DNA of 64,000 bases from Eledone cirrhosa (lineage: Eukaryota): the NCBI GenBank assembly GCA_964016885.1, contig OZ024742.1:229214001-229278000 (forward strand). The letters are read 5' to 3'. The translations under genes and the position numbers were made by a program. Position 1 is the first letter of the stretch. Every line of letters starts with the position of its first letter. Below the pieces are notes generated by a model. The model was given only the letters and a program-made list of their open reading frames with translations. It did not search any database and was not told the origin of the DNA. This document shows positions 12,775 to 25,652 of the stretch, one piece after another.

Positions 12775-12890
12775 TGGTATTAACTATGCATTGGTATTTG
12801 TTCGGGCTCATTGCGCTCTGAGTTCAAATACCAACAAGGTCAGCTTTGCTTTTCATCTTTTCGAGATTGATGAATAAAGAACCAGTCCAG
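12775..12890 (+). mobile_element. Meta-type SINE (degenerate)
   Basis: TCTGAGTTCAAATACC..GCTTTGCTTTTCATCTTT..GATGAATAAAGAACCAGT. Confidence 0.55.
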
Positions 12891-15552
12891 TAACTTCACT
12901 AATTTCCACCAGATTTAAAATGCACAGGACAGGAGTTAAGAGCTCTTTAATCTTACAAAGCTATACTATGTCTAAAGAGTTCAGCGGTGGGAATTTGATT
13001 CATGACGGTACTAATCTGAAAGGAAAGTGACTTGATCATTGTAGTCTACATACATTTGTTTATGTCATAGTTGTGTAAGGGAAGCAAAGTACATAGTCAA
13101 TTCTTCGATTTATAGAATGACATTGTAACAATTCCACTAAACAAAGTTATCATTACATGCAATAAATTATCTTAAAACAACAACTAAACTAGCATTTTAT
13201 TCGATCAGTTGCGACTCTGAAAAACAGTGGGACTATAAATAATTAAGAAATCAATCAATAAAAAGGCAATTTATCAAACTTCTATAGGGCAAAGGTTTGG
13301 AAGAATCGTTATAATGTCGGACAAAATATGTTGAGATATTTGTTCCGGTTTTTTACATTGTAAGCTCAAATACCGCCCTGGTCATTACGGCGTTGTAATT
13401 ACAATTGGATTAATCGATTAACCATTCTCATTTAAGTTTAGTCCTTGTACTAGTGTTACATATAAGTATTGAGTTAATGTAGCCGGTGAGTTGAAAGACC
13501 GGCAGACCGGCGGATTAAACACTTAACGTTGTGTGAATCATGTATTTCCTTCATTAAAAGTTTAATAAAATACCAAGTATGTACTGGGTTCAATTAAATA
13601 TATGAAGTCTTAAACCATATAGGGAATGATACAGCAATAAGAAGCCAGTACAACTGGCCGGAGTTTGTTTCGAGTGGAATGAGTATTACAATATAGAAGT
13701 TCCAATTGCACTAAACGGGAGAATATTTTTCTACCACGTTTAACCGAAACCAATATTTGATTATGATTCCTTCAACCATCAAAAGTCAAAGGATTATAAT
13801 TTATCATTCTTTCTTCTCTTGATGCCTTGCGGTATTAGTTCCGGCTCTGTTACATGCCATGCTGGCGGAGGGATGTGTTGATTCAATCAATAAAACACCC
13901 ACAAAATCTCCTATGTAGCGTGACCTCATACGAGGACTGTTACACCTCTGCAAGTGTGAGCTATAACAACAGTGGTTGCCACAACTATAACAACAACAGA
14001 CTATATAAAGCAGGCGCTCTGTGCTGTTAATAATTACATGGTTTGGCCATGGACACAACATAGGAATCTAACAGGATACGGAACTGTAATAGTCAGTCAA
14101 ACCATCGATTAAGATATCTGCCATGTTTGTTATTTTGTTTTAATTTATAGAAATAAATGGAAGGTTTGTTTGAAATATAAAAGTTTATTTTATATTTAAT
14201 TATAAACACATGTTGATGCAGCATGATTGGTTGTTTAAGAAGTTCGCTTCAAAATCATAAGGTACTGCGTGGAATCTTGGGCAAGTTTCATTTACTTGGG
14301 TTGACCCATGCGTTGTGAGTGAAATTAGGTTGACACAAAGTGTTTGGATGCCCGTCGGATGGACTGCAATTAAAAAGGAAGTCTTATCGTACACTCTGTC
14401 TTGCTGAAGCTACCTGCGAACTACATGAAGAGGACATGTGTCTGCGGAATGTTCAAACATTTGTGCATTAATTTTTCGAGATAGCTGTTCTATTGATCGG
14501 ACAACTGAGGCAATTATCGTCGAAAGAGGCGGAGCTCCATTCAAGTTTTGTAATTTTGTGTTAAATATTAAATTCTACAAATGGAAGGTATGTTTCTTTT
14601 ATACGTTTGTTTATTTGTTTCTTTTAATTATAAGCATATGCGTAGTCTCTTACACTTTGTTCCCTGGAGAAATATAAACATCATTTTCATGTTTTGCCTG
14701 CCAGAGGTAATGTTAATACTATCCCCAAGAATGTTTTAGTATTGCAGTACCGCAGGCACGCTCACAAACAACACACTGACCCCCCCCCCCCACACCCATA
14801 TATGTATATATATATTAATATATATAATACAAAAACTATCAAATAACAGTTTTATACAAAAAAAAAGCAAAACAAATATTAATTGAAACTCTTATCGGAA
14901 ATAATTCATTGTAATTCATTGATTAATTAACTTTTTTTCCTAATTTTTTTAATTCCTATTATTTTATTTAGTTTATTTTTATTTCAAAAATTCTTTCTTT
15001 GTGTCACTGAAAATTCAAAAATAATGAAAAAAGTAGCGAATATTCAATGTTTTTGTTGAATAAATTTCTAATATCTGGTGTAACATGCAATTGAAGAGAC
15101 GTGATAACTTCGAGAATAATTGATAGCTTCTTGCTAGACAAATAATCCTGATCGATATCGAAGTCTTTAGGGAATCAATATTTAACACTTTAGAAAAAAA
15201 GAACCATTTTACCCTTTCCCTGCCCTTCTTTCTTTCTTTCCGTTGTCCTTTCTTTCTTTCTATCTCTCTTTCTTTCTTTCTTGCTTGGTTGCTTTTTCTT
15301 TTTTCATTCATTCATTTTTCATTTCTTTCTGTCTCTCTTTATTTCCACCTGTCTCTGTCTGTCTGTTTGTCTCTGTTTCTCTCTATTTTTCACTCATCCT
15401 AAAACTAATGGCTTCATCTTACTGGTTAGGAAAGAGAGGTAGAATGACAAGGAAATGTAGGAAGGTGGTGATCGTGTGGCTGGAGCAAGGAAACTATGTT
15501 TTCATTGCTAATTTGCCGGATGCAATCGCCGGGTATATATATATATATATAT

Positions 15553-15910
15553 AGTTATACTTTGGGAGGGTCATGCTGCCAATAAAAACGCAAGCACCCG
15601 TTGGTTTTCACTTCAATTTATTATAAATTTCCGGTTGGTTGGTTGGTTCGATAACGGGGTGGTTGTTTATATATATCACTCATTCAATGACCTCGTCAGT
15701 GACTAGGTTTTTATTCTGTGTCTCTCCTTTGTTCTGTCCTACAGGACATAATGTGTGACGAAAGAGCTTTGACATTATATAAACAACCATTCCGTTATCG
15801 AACCAACCAACAGGTACGCGTGTTTTTATTGGCAACATGACCCTACCAAAGTATAACAATATCTGTTTCAATACACATTCTCAGAGAAGAAATCTTCCAA
15901 AAACGAAGTA
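15553..15910. mobile_element. Fold-back element family C copy with split HHR halves
   Basis: GTTATACTTTGGGAGGGTCATG..GCCAATAAAAAC is inverted to GTTTTTATTGGCAACATGACCCTACCAAAGTATAAC, followed by a ~50-nt tail. AGTCA-CTGACGA on the minus strand; GTGAC-GAAAGAGCTT-TGAC on the plus strand. Confidence 0.8.
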
Positions 15911-15937
15911 TGTATATATATATATATATATATATAT

Positions 15938-16108
15938 ACGAGACAGATACCACTAAGTGCACATCTAGACATATGCGCAAGTAATAAGACACCCAAATTC
16001 CAAGTCTTCCCATTTTACCTTTGCGCTGACAATACAACAGAACAAATACGAATAAATGAGGAAAATATGTTTATTCAAAAATATAGACCAGCATTAAATA
16101 TAGTTTAA
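15938..16108 (+). pseudogene. C-terminus of a PLE GIY-YIG endonuclease (not in the ORF track)
   Basis: Manual translation TRQIPLSAHLDICASNKTPKFQVFPFYLCADNTTEQIRINEENMFIQKYRPALNIV*, with the R..EE..FI.KY.P.LN terminal motif. Confidence 0.75.
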
Positions 16109-16281
16109 TATACATTATGTTAACACCATAACATGCTAACCATCCAAACAGACACATACATACACACACATATAACACCTTCTACTTTAGAAATTAAAAA
16201 CCAGAACTAAATAAACCTTAACATACGTTAATGCTCTAACACCTTAACATGCTAACCGTACTCCCACACACACATAACACC

Positions 16282-16363
<82 letters not shown>

Positions 16364-16734
16364 ATACCCATACACACACACATAACACCCACACACGCAA
16401 CTCCCTACCCCATTTCTACTAATAGAATCACTTTACTACACACACACACACAGACACACAAAATATATATATTCTCTCCATCTTAACATGCTAACCATAC
16501 TCCCACACACACATACACACACACATACAACACACTCCCCCATTTCTACTAATAGAATCATCTTCCTACACACACACACACACAAGCACACACATAAACA
16601 TACATATCTCTACTTTCTTTATTTCAATAGAAAGTCTGAATTGTGACACCCCAGCGAACCAGCCATATTCACTGAACCAGGACAATTCTCCCCATCCTAT
16701 TTCTCTTGACCATTATCTTTTATTCCCAAATACG

Positions 16735-16975
16735 GGCGCGAATATTAATGAACTTGTTCACGTGACAGTCATAATTTCATTAATAACCAATCAAATTACA
16801 TTAATAAAAAAAAAGCTTCGTGAGCCACTTTTTTGAAGTAAAAAGAAATTCAAACAAACTGGCGCGAAATTTATTATACTTATTCACCAACCAATCAAAT
16901 TACTTCTCTAAAAACCTGGCATTTCGAGCCACAATTTTTCTATATAAACAAGTAACATTCAAAGACCAACCAGAT
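16735..16975 (+). promoter_or_regulatory. Putative Pol II promoter inside the PLE 3' region
   Basis: GGCGCGAA at 16735 and GGCGCGAAA at 16861 (E2F-type); CACGTG at 16759; CCAAT at 16787 and 16891; TATATAAA at 16941; CA initiator at 16971-16972. Confidence 0.55.
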
Positions 16976-17176
16976 GTGAGAAAAACCACAGACCCTCCAT
17001 CTCAACTCTACTTTTGAAAAGCAGAAGAACTGCAAAACCGGTAAAAAACCAAATAATTATATATATTAAAAAAAAAAAGACTCCAGGTGCATTTTCGATT
17101 TCATCTTCTTTCCTTATATTTTCACTCGTGTAGGACACCTTGGTTATTTTTCATTTTGTAAAAAAAAATACCTCAC

Positions 17177-17213
<37 letters not shown>

Positions 17214-17221
17214 TAAAATAA

Positions 17222-17432
17222 ATGGTTTCTGATTTAGGCACAATGTCAACAATTTAGGGTAGGGGAGAATCGATTAAATCGACTCCAGTGAGTTACTGGT
17301 ACTTTATTTTATCGACCCCGTAAGAATGAAAGGCAAACATAAACTCGGCGGAATTTGAACTCAGAACATAAAGGTTCGTAACTCTATGCTGCAAAGCATG
17401 GTGTCTGATGATCTACCGATAATGCCAATCAA
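17222..17432 (-). mobile_element. Meta-type SINE
   Basis: ACTGGTACTTTATTTTATCGACCCCGTAAGAATGAAAGGCAAA..CGGAATTTGAACTCAGAAC. Confidence 0.85.
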
Positions 17433-18052
17433 CCAATAATAATAATAATAGGTATAAATCGAAGTTGTAGTGGCAGTATAGTAGATACCAATCGAATGGT
17501 TTAAGGCAGTCAGAAAGCAGTCAATATATGAAAAACTCAATGGTGCGAAAGGGTAATACATATATATAATTATGTGCATATGTATACATACATACATATA
17601 TACATACACACACTCCTACCCATATATATATAGATATGCATGTATTTTATATATATATATATATGAGATTAAGTAAAACATTATCCACACTGGACCAAAT
17701 GCATCGGAAAGGAAAGAGTCTATGTAGAAAAATGACGTACGTGTTTAATACCTGCTTTTGGGTAAATAAATTGAAAGAACAAGAGTGTTCATCATTTTTG
17801 ACTTTCTCTCGTATATATATATTCATATATGCATCTGGATAGAATTTTTTATTCTGTATAGTATTTTGTAATATTAGGACAAGCACTCAGTGTAACGTTA
17901 CTCAATTATCTTTCGTGTAAGATACTGTTGGTGGTGCGTGGACAGAGTTAAACATTATTGAATAAAGTGACAGGAGGCTGGAAAATTGAAATTCCTTTAA
18001 AGTTTTTATTCTGCAAAAATTATGCATATCAGTTATAAAGGAAACACAGTCA

Positions 18053-18094
<42 letters not shown>

Positions 18095-18510
18095 GGAGAA
18101 TAGAAACGGCTGTGTAGTTGCGATATTAAGGTATCTTAAAATGCAGTGGGAATAAGAAGAAAGCAAGAACGGGGGGTGGGGGTGTTTTCCTCATCAGTTG
18201 TCTACTGGGGGTCTCGGATATTTCTACGCTTTAAAGAGAAGATATCTCACCCCAAGGCGTCAATAACCTGATAAGTTAGTGGGAAAACGGAGTAGGGAGG
18301 GAAGGAAAGCACAAGGGAAGAAAAGAGAAAACAATGAAAAAAACAGCGAAAAAAACAACAAACCGAACAATGTGAGAGCAACTTAAGGTAAGGAAATCCA
18401 AGATCCCTCGATAAGAGAACTTAAGTTCAAGACTGAGTGGTTGAGAGAAGAAAGACGCACGTCTGATGGCCGCAGTTGTAAGTAAGAAAAGAACTGCTAA
18501 AGGGTCAGGG

Positions 18511-19004
<494 letters not shown>

Positions 19005-19009
<5 letters not shown>

Positions 19010-21056
19010 CGTAAAATAAGAAAATTATAAAAATTTACTTACTTACTAAAATTTCACTCCAACTAATTAGTTTCTGAAAGGGAATAAACATGGTTTCCGA
19101 TTGGAACAACATGGAGAAATATCCTTTCGTCATCAGGGAGATCTGTTCTCAGCTAAGTTCCCAGGCAAAGCGTGGACACAGGGAACTTATACAAAAATAA
19201 TTCAGTGGATGGAAAAAAGCAAGCGAGGACTAGATTCCAGGACACTGAAAAAATCACTGCCTACTTAGTCGGTGGCGAATTCAAAAGAATCAATCACGTG
19301 ACATCGAGGTCAATCAGTGAGGAGTGAGGGTACTAAAAAGACAATAGCCTGGCTATTACTATGAAGCATAGCAGTAGTTTTGGCAAGTTTTTGCTCAACA
19401 AAATAATTTGGAGATAATTATAAAGAATTAGTATATCTACCAACATATATATACAGATGTATACCTATGCTAGCAAATATATAGGTTTTGTCTTAGTAAC
19501 TTTGAGGTTCAATGCAAGGGGATGCAGAACAATTATATGAAAGACGTAAAATAAGAAAATTATAAAAATTTACTTACTTACTAAAATTTCACTCTAACTA
19601 ATTAGTTTCTGAAAGGGAATAAATATGGTTTCCGATTGGAACAACATGGAGAAATATCCTTTCGTCATCAGGGAGATCTGTTCTCAGCTAAGTTCCCAGG
19701 CAAAGCGTGGACACAGGGAACTTATACAAAAATAATTCAGTGGATGGAAAAAAGCAAGCGAGGACTAGATTCCAGGACACTGAAAAAATCACTGCCTACT
19801 TAGTCGGTGGCGAATTCAAAAGAATCAATCACGTGACATCGAGGTCAATCAGTGAGGAGTGAGGGTACTAAAAAGACAATAGCCTGGCTATTACTATGAA
19901 GCATAGCAGTAGTTTTGGCAAGTTTTTGCTCAACAAAATAATTTGGAGATAATTATAAAGAATTAGTATATCTACCAACATATATATACAGATGTATACC
20001 TATGCTAGCAAATATATAGGTTTTGTCTTAGTAACTTTGAGGTTCAATGCAAGGGGATGCAGAACAATTATATGAAAGACGTAAAATAAGAAAATTATAA
20101 AAATTTACTTACTTACTAAAATTTCACTCTAACTAATTAGTTTCTGAAAGGGAATAAATATGGTTTCCGATTGGAACAACATGGAGAAATATCCTTTCGT
20201 CATCAGGGAGATCTGTTCTCAGCTAAGTTCCCAGGCAAAGCGTGGACACGGGGAACTTAGGTATACGTCTGATGACGAAAGGATATTTATCCATGTTGTT
20301 CCAATCGGAAACCATGTTTATTCCCTTTCAGAAACTAATTAGTTAGAGTGAAATTTTAGTAAGTAAGTAAATTTTTATAATTTTCTTATTTTACGTCTTT
20401 CATATAATTGTTCTGCATCCCCTTGCATTGAACCACAAAGTTACTAAGACAAAACCTATATATTTGCTAGCATAGGTATACATCTGTATATATATGTTGA
20501 TAGATATACTAATTCTTTATAATTATCTCCAAATTATTTTGTTGAGCAAAAACTTGCCAAAACTACTGCTATGCTTCATAGTAATAGCCAGGCTATTGTC
20601 TTTTTAGTACCCTCACTCCTCACTGATTGACCTCGATGTCACGTGATTGATTCTTTTGAATTCGCCACCGACTAAGTAGGCAGTGATTTTTTTCAGTGTC
20701 CTGGAATCTAGTCCTCGCTTGCTTTTTTCCATCCACTGAATTATTTTTGTATAAGTTCCCTGTGTCCACGCTTTGCCTGGGAACTTAGCTGAGAACAGAT
20801 CTCCCTGATGACGAAAGGATATTTCTCCATGTTGTTCCAATCGGAAACCATGTTTATTCCCTTTCAGAAACTAATTAGTTGGAGTGAAATTTTAGTAAGT
20901 AAGTAAATTTTTATAATTTTCTTATTTTACGTCTTTCATATAATTGTTCTGCATCCCCTTGCATTGAACCACAAAGTTACTAAGACAAAACCTATATATT
21001 TGCTAGCATAGGTATATATCTGTATATATATGTTGGTAGATATACTAATTCTTTAT
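19005..21056. mobile_element. Family E: 535-bp HHR-containing tandem array with inversion (retrozyme-like / PLE pLTR array)
   Basis: Units start at 19005, 19540 and 20075. Inversion junction at ~20260-20269; inverted units run to 21056. Near-identical copies with (TA)n flanks. Confidence 0.9.
20801..20884 (+). ncRNA. Type I hammerhead with long stem II (family E); minus-strand copies at 19057-19140, 19592-19675, 20127-20210
   Basis: CTCC-CTGATGA-c[GAAAGGA..CATG..TTCC aatc GGAA..CATG..TCCCTTTC]a-GAAA-CTAATTAG-TT-GGAG. Palindromic stem III AACTAATTAGTT. Confidence 0.7.
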
Positions 21057-21077
21057 ATATATATATATATATATATA

Positions 21078-22181
21078 GTTAGAGAAGCAAAAAATTGCTT
21101 ACTGTGATCCAGTTCTTGGTTAAGAAAGCCAGTTTCATGGATGGTTTCAACTTACGGTTAGGGGTAACTCCACAAGTTTGTAAGAATTCCGTTCAATCTT
21201 GGAGTATAAAGTATAAAAGAGAAAACACAGGTAAGCATTAAGAGAAGGATTTTATCCAGGTATTTACGACCGTTTCATTGGTAAGTGCAACCTTATATTG
21301 CTATACTGCAAAAAGCAGCCACTCAATTATAATTGTTGTTCACAGTCCAAATTTTCAAAATAGTGAGTAAGTTACTCTTGAAATAATTCTTAATATATAG
21401 AGAAAAACATTTATTTGGAATTGTATTTACTAGTATAGAGAGAGAGGAATCAGAAGGTGAGGGGACAAACGGAATAGTATAGAGAGAGAGGAAGGGGGAA
21501 GAGGTAGGAAGTAGAGTGAAAGACTGAGATGGAGGGAGGGGTAGAGGTGGAAGGATTCTTTGGTCAGTTTTGATAGCAGACTTCATGTCGTTGAATGTAG
21601 TGAGTTAAAGAGAATTAAATTGATCATAGTGGGAGGGATGGATATAGAGAGATAGAGGGGGGGGGGGGGGAGATATAAAGAGATAAATATGTATATAAAA
21701 AATAAAGATAAAGATAATAATGACAAAAATAAAAGCAAAGAAGGGGGTGAGAAAGAAGAAAAGAAAAGAGCCAAGAAGGGTATGGAATGAAGGAAGAAAA
21801 CGAAGAAATAGAAGAGGAATGAAGGAGAAGAGGGGGATATATGTATTGGTTTTGTGGGTAATTAAAAGGGTTTAGATACAACAAGAGGGTATAAAGTCTA
21901 AGTATATGCAGTTTGTCAGTTGGTAGTAAGAGGTTAAGGGTTCGATTTGTAGTGCGAAAACTTCTCTTTGAGTCTATGGTTACAATAAATCGATCTTTCG
22001 ATTTTATTGTTACTTAAATATGTGAACAACAATTAAAATTGTGTGGCTGCTATTTGCGTGGCTGCTGTGAACAACAATTATAATTGAGTGGCTGCTATTT
22101 GCAGTATAGCAATATAAGGTTGCACTTACTAATGAAACGGTCGTAAATACCTGGATAAAATCCTTCTCTTAATGCTTACCT
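21078..22181. mobile_element. Family F fold-back element (~117-bp inverted arms around a purine-rich spacer)
   Basis: 21229-21345 is inverted at 22065-22181, with a partial duplicate at 22021-22057. Starts at (TA)n. Confidence 0.7.
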
Positions 22182-22182
22182 T

Positions 22183-22817
22183 AACGCTGTACTAGTTTCA
22201 AGCTTATTAGCTATCGTCAGCAACGTATACCTTATAATAAATGTTCGGTGAATGCATACGTACATATATATATGTGCATGTATGTATATATATATACATA
22301 CTACTGTACGTCTCTATACATATATGTATGTACGTATACATACTTAGATTTAAGTAACAACCGTACTAAGAGTGAGAAATGAAATTTTGTTTCATTTTTT
22401 CCGTTTATCGTTTTCGGTACCCTGACCGATTAACTCACTCGATATGCAAATTAGGCTGCTCAGCCGTTAATATGCATACGGAAAGTATATACTTTCAGAC
22501 TTCAATCATCTGGCAGGAAGGTATACGTTGCTGACGATAGCTAATAAGCTTGAAACTAGTACAGCGTTCCTTTGTCAGTGTTGAACAAATGAGCAACGAT
22601 GGTTGCTAGACACTGTATGGCTTAATACGAGATGTTTGTTTACAAACACACCGAGCATTATAATAAATGTTCGATGAATCCATACGTACATATGTGTGCA
22701 TGTATGTGTATATATATACATACTACTGTACGTCTCTATGTACGTATACATACTTATATTTAAGTAACAGCCGTACTAAGAGTGACAAATGAAATTTTGT
22801 TTCATTTTTTCCGTTTA
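22183..22817 (+). mobile_element. Family D: ~1.4 units of a ~426-bp HHR repeat plus a short inverted HHR arm
   Basis: TTATAATAAATGTTCG repeats at 22232 and 22658. HHR at 22526-22566 (+) and 22185-22225 (-). Ends in (TA)n. Confidence 0.85.
22526..22566 (+). ncRNA. Type I minimal hammerhead (family D)
   Basis: CGTTG-CTGACGA-tAGCT aata AGCTt-GAAAC-TA-GTA-CAGCG. Palindromic stem III ACTAGT; GUA site. Confidence 0.75.
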
Positions 22818-22839
22818 TATATATATATATATATATATA

Positions 22840-23203
22840 CAGTTCAAGAGTAACCAATCTTAAAGAGAGAGATGGAGATAGGAGAGGAGAGATTGGTGTA
22901 TTAGTTAGAAGCCAAAGCGTAAAGGCATGTGCTTAATGTGCAATATGCAGTAGAAAGCAGCTAGGTGGCTGGTTTCATGCAGAAGTTAGGCGCGCAGAGC
23001 TGGAAATATTCATTAGTTATGCAAATTAAGGCCACAAATTTCACAAGGAAGGCATTCTTAAAAGATTGTCAACATATTTTAGTTTAATGTAAGGAATGTA
23101 GAGAATAATAATAATAATATTAATAATAATAATGTCCGATATTAATAATAATAATGTCTTCCTTATGAAATGTGTGGCCTTGTTTTGCTTAACTAATGAA
23201 TAT
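22840..23203. mobile_element. Family H fold-back element
   Basis: ATATTCATTAGTTATGCAAATTAAGGCCACAAATTTCACAAGGAAGGCATT (~23006-23057) is inverted at ~23153-23203. (TA)n on both sides; ~165-nt unpaired tail on the left. Confidence 0.65.
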
Positions 23204-23217
23204 ATATATATATATAT

Positions 23218-23425
23218 AACGGAGGAAATGTGGTAAGGAACCAGGTAGACCATAACGCACCAAAGTACTCAATACTTAGGGTAGTAGAGTGGGTAATAGG
23301 AACGAGTAGGACCCCGACGGCTGAGCTCAAGCCGTTTCGACGGCTAATTCTGGACTAAAAATGATTTTTAGTCCAGAATGAGCCGTCGAAACGGCTTGAG
23401 CTCAGCCGTCGGGGTCCTACTCGTT

Positions 23426-23430
<5 letters not shown>
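23218..23430 (-). mobile_element. Fold-back family A, copy 2
   Basis: Palindrome 23296-23430 centred at ~23363. Tail on the left; (TA)n flanks. Confidence 0.85.
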
Positions 23431-23518
<88 letters not shown>

Positions 23519-23999
23519 ATATATATTCACACATATATATATAGATACATATTGAATAGAGTAATTTACAGTAACATTTGTGAACCATATCAAGAAAATA
23601 TTTATGGCAACAGCGCGTTGATTAATTCAGTTTGTTTTGAATAAGAAACGATTTCAAGCTAAGCCACACAGGGCCACATGCAATTCACAGCAGTTAATAT
23701 TGGAGAAGTATTTAATTATGTGTTATGTGTGTTCTGTGTCATAATATTAACTAATGATTAAAAGGAAATTAGCGATGAACAGGAGTGCACACATCTTTGT
23801 TATTAGATAAATATATTTAAATATAGAATTTCATTAAGTGACAATTTAAGATTCTCTAGACAATCTAGCGTTTCGTGGTGGCGATGAAAGATTCTATTCG
23901 CGTAGTACGGAATGTACGTCTGTATTTACAGATTGTATCGTGGATAAGAGGCATGAATATTAAATATATATAAGAATCATGAATAGTTAATATACATAT

Positions 24000-24038
<39 letters not shown>

Positions 24039-24125
24039 AACATATATATATATTATATATATTTGAAATATATGTATATAGATATATGTGTGTGTATATA
24101 TATATATTTATAGATATATGTGTAT

Positions 24126-24174
<49 letters not shown>

Positions 24175-24389
24175 ACTGTATATATATGTTTGTGTGTGTG
24201 AGTATGTGTGTATGTATATATATATATATGTATATATATAATTGTAATTTCAATCCATCTACAATGTGGTAATACTTCGGCATGATTAGATTGTTTGTTG
24301 CTTATTCTTTCCTTAGTTGACATATTTGAAGATCTATCGCGAAGGCCTGTGAGGGAGAAGACATAGAGTGCTATGTAGTAGTTGTATTA

Positions 24390-25121
24390 ATTGTTTCTAC
24401 TTTAGGCACAAGGCCAGCAATTACCCAGTGCATTACTGGTACTTTATTTTATCGACCCCGTTAGGATGAAAGGCAAAGTCAACCTCGGCGGGATTTGAAC
24501 TCAGATCATAAAGGGACGTAACTATGCTGGAAAGCATGGCGTCCAACCCTCTACCAATACTGCCAATCCACCGCCTGTCAGTAGTTGTAGTAATGATGGT
24601 TAATCAGAGTAGATGTAAAAGTTTAATAATGTACTACGGCGTTTGTACGGGATGAATGCAAATGTTTAAAATTGGATAGATGTTGTTACACACAAACGAC
24701 CTCACTCAATAATTGTTTCTACTTTTGTCACAAGGCTTGCAAATACCCCAGTGTATTACTGGTGCTTTATTTTATCGAACCCGTAAGAATAAAAGGCAAA
24801 GTTAACCTCGGTGGGATTTGAACTGAGAACGTAAAGGGACGTAACTCTATGCTGCAAAGCATGGTGTTTAACGCTCCACCGACACTGCCAATCCACCGAA
24901 CTCAATAAAGATTTCTACTATAGGCACAAGGCCAGCAATTTTGGGGGAGGGGAAAGTCGATTAAATAGACACCAGTGCATTACTGGTGCTTTATTTTATC
25001 GACCCCGTAAGGATGAAAGTCAAATTTAACCTCGGCGGCATTTGAAAACAGATCATAAAGGGGTGTAACTCTAAGCTGCAAAGCATGGTGTCCGACGCTC
25101 TACTGATACTGCCAATACACC
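24390..25121 (-). mobile_element. Three Meta-type SINEs (24390-24575, 24711-24898, 24911-25121)
   Basis: Each has ACTGGT.CTTTATTTTATCGA.CCCG..GAAC/AAAC and a TACTGCCAAT.CACCG head. Confidence 0.85.
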
Positions 25122-25445
25122 GCACTCGATAATACTTAGGTATTGAGCCTCTTTGAAAACAGTCTGCATGGACACTGAATAGCTTTAACAAACTTCATTG
25201 CTACATGTAAGAATTGGATCTCACTCGGCTTCAAAGACAAGTGTTTCAGTTGTTCAATTAAAAAAGAGCCCTGATCATGGAATTGGCTGGGCATTACAAA
25301 GACACGTGCAGCATTAACCTAATTCTCTGAGTGATTCAGCGTGATAGAGTGTGTGACATCCGACGGGCTTCCAAACAAGTTTCTCTTTACGCAATTTCAC
25401 TCATAATGTTTAGGCGAATCAAGGCTATGATAAAAAAAAACATTA

Positions 25446-25496
<51 letters not shown>

Positions 25497-25652
25497 CTAT
25501 GTGTTTAATCTGTGTGTATAAATATGTGTATACTCTGGGAGTGTAATTTACATTACCTATTGAGTAAGCTGTGATGCAACCGGTCATAGCATTGATACCT
25601 GTGCTGGGCCGGTCAGCGTCTTATTATTATTTATATATATATATATATATAT

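Larger units (their letters stand above)
15938..17182 (+). mobile_element. 5'-truncated PLE: EN C-terminus, CA-rich 3' UTR, promoter and family B pLTR
   Basis: Lies between (TA)n tracts. Ends in the family B sequence with a damaged HHR (17011-17047) and the same tail as 18903-18966. Confidence 0.75.

Noticed and set aside
14330-14593. Possible exon ending in AAG|GTATGT
   Set aside because: No convincing acceptor or recognisable protein; cannot be supported without RNA data.
20806-20850. SECIS element (ATGA..GA) in family E
   Set aside because: No apical AA motif and no linked UGA-containing ORF; the hammerhead fold explains the sequence better.
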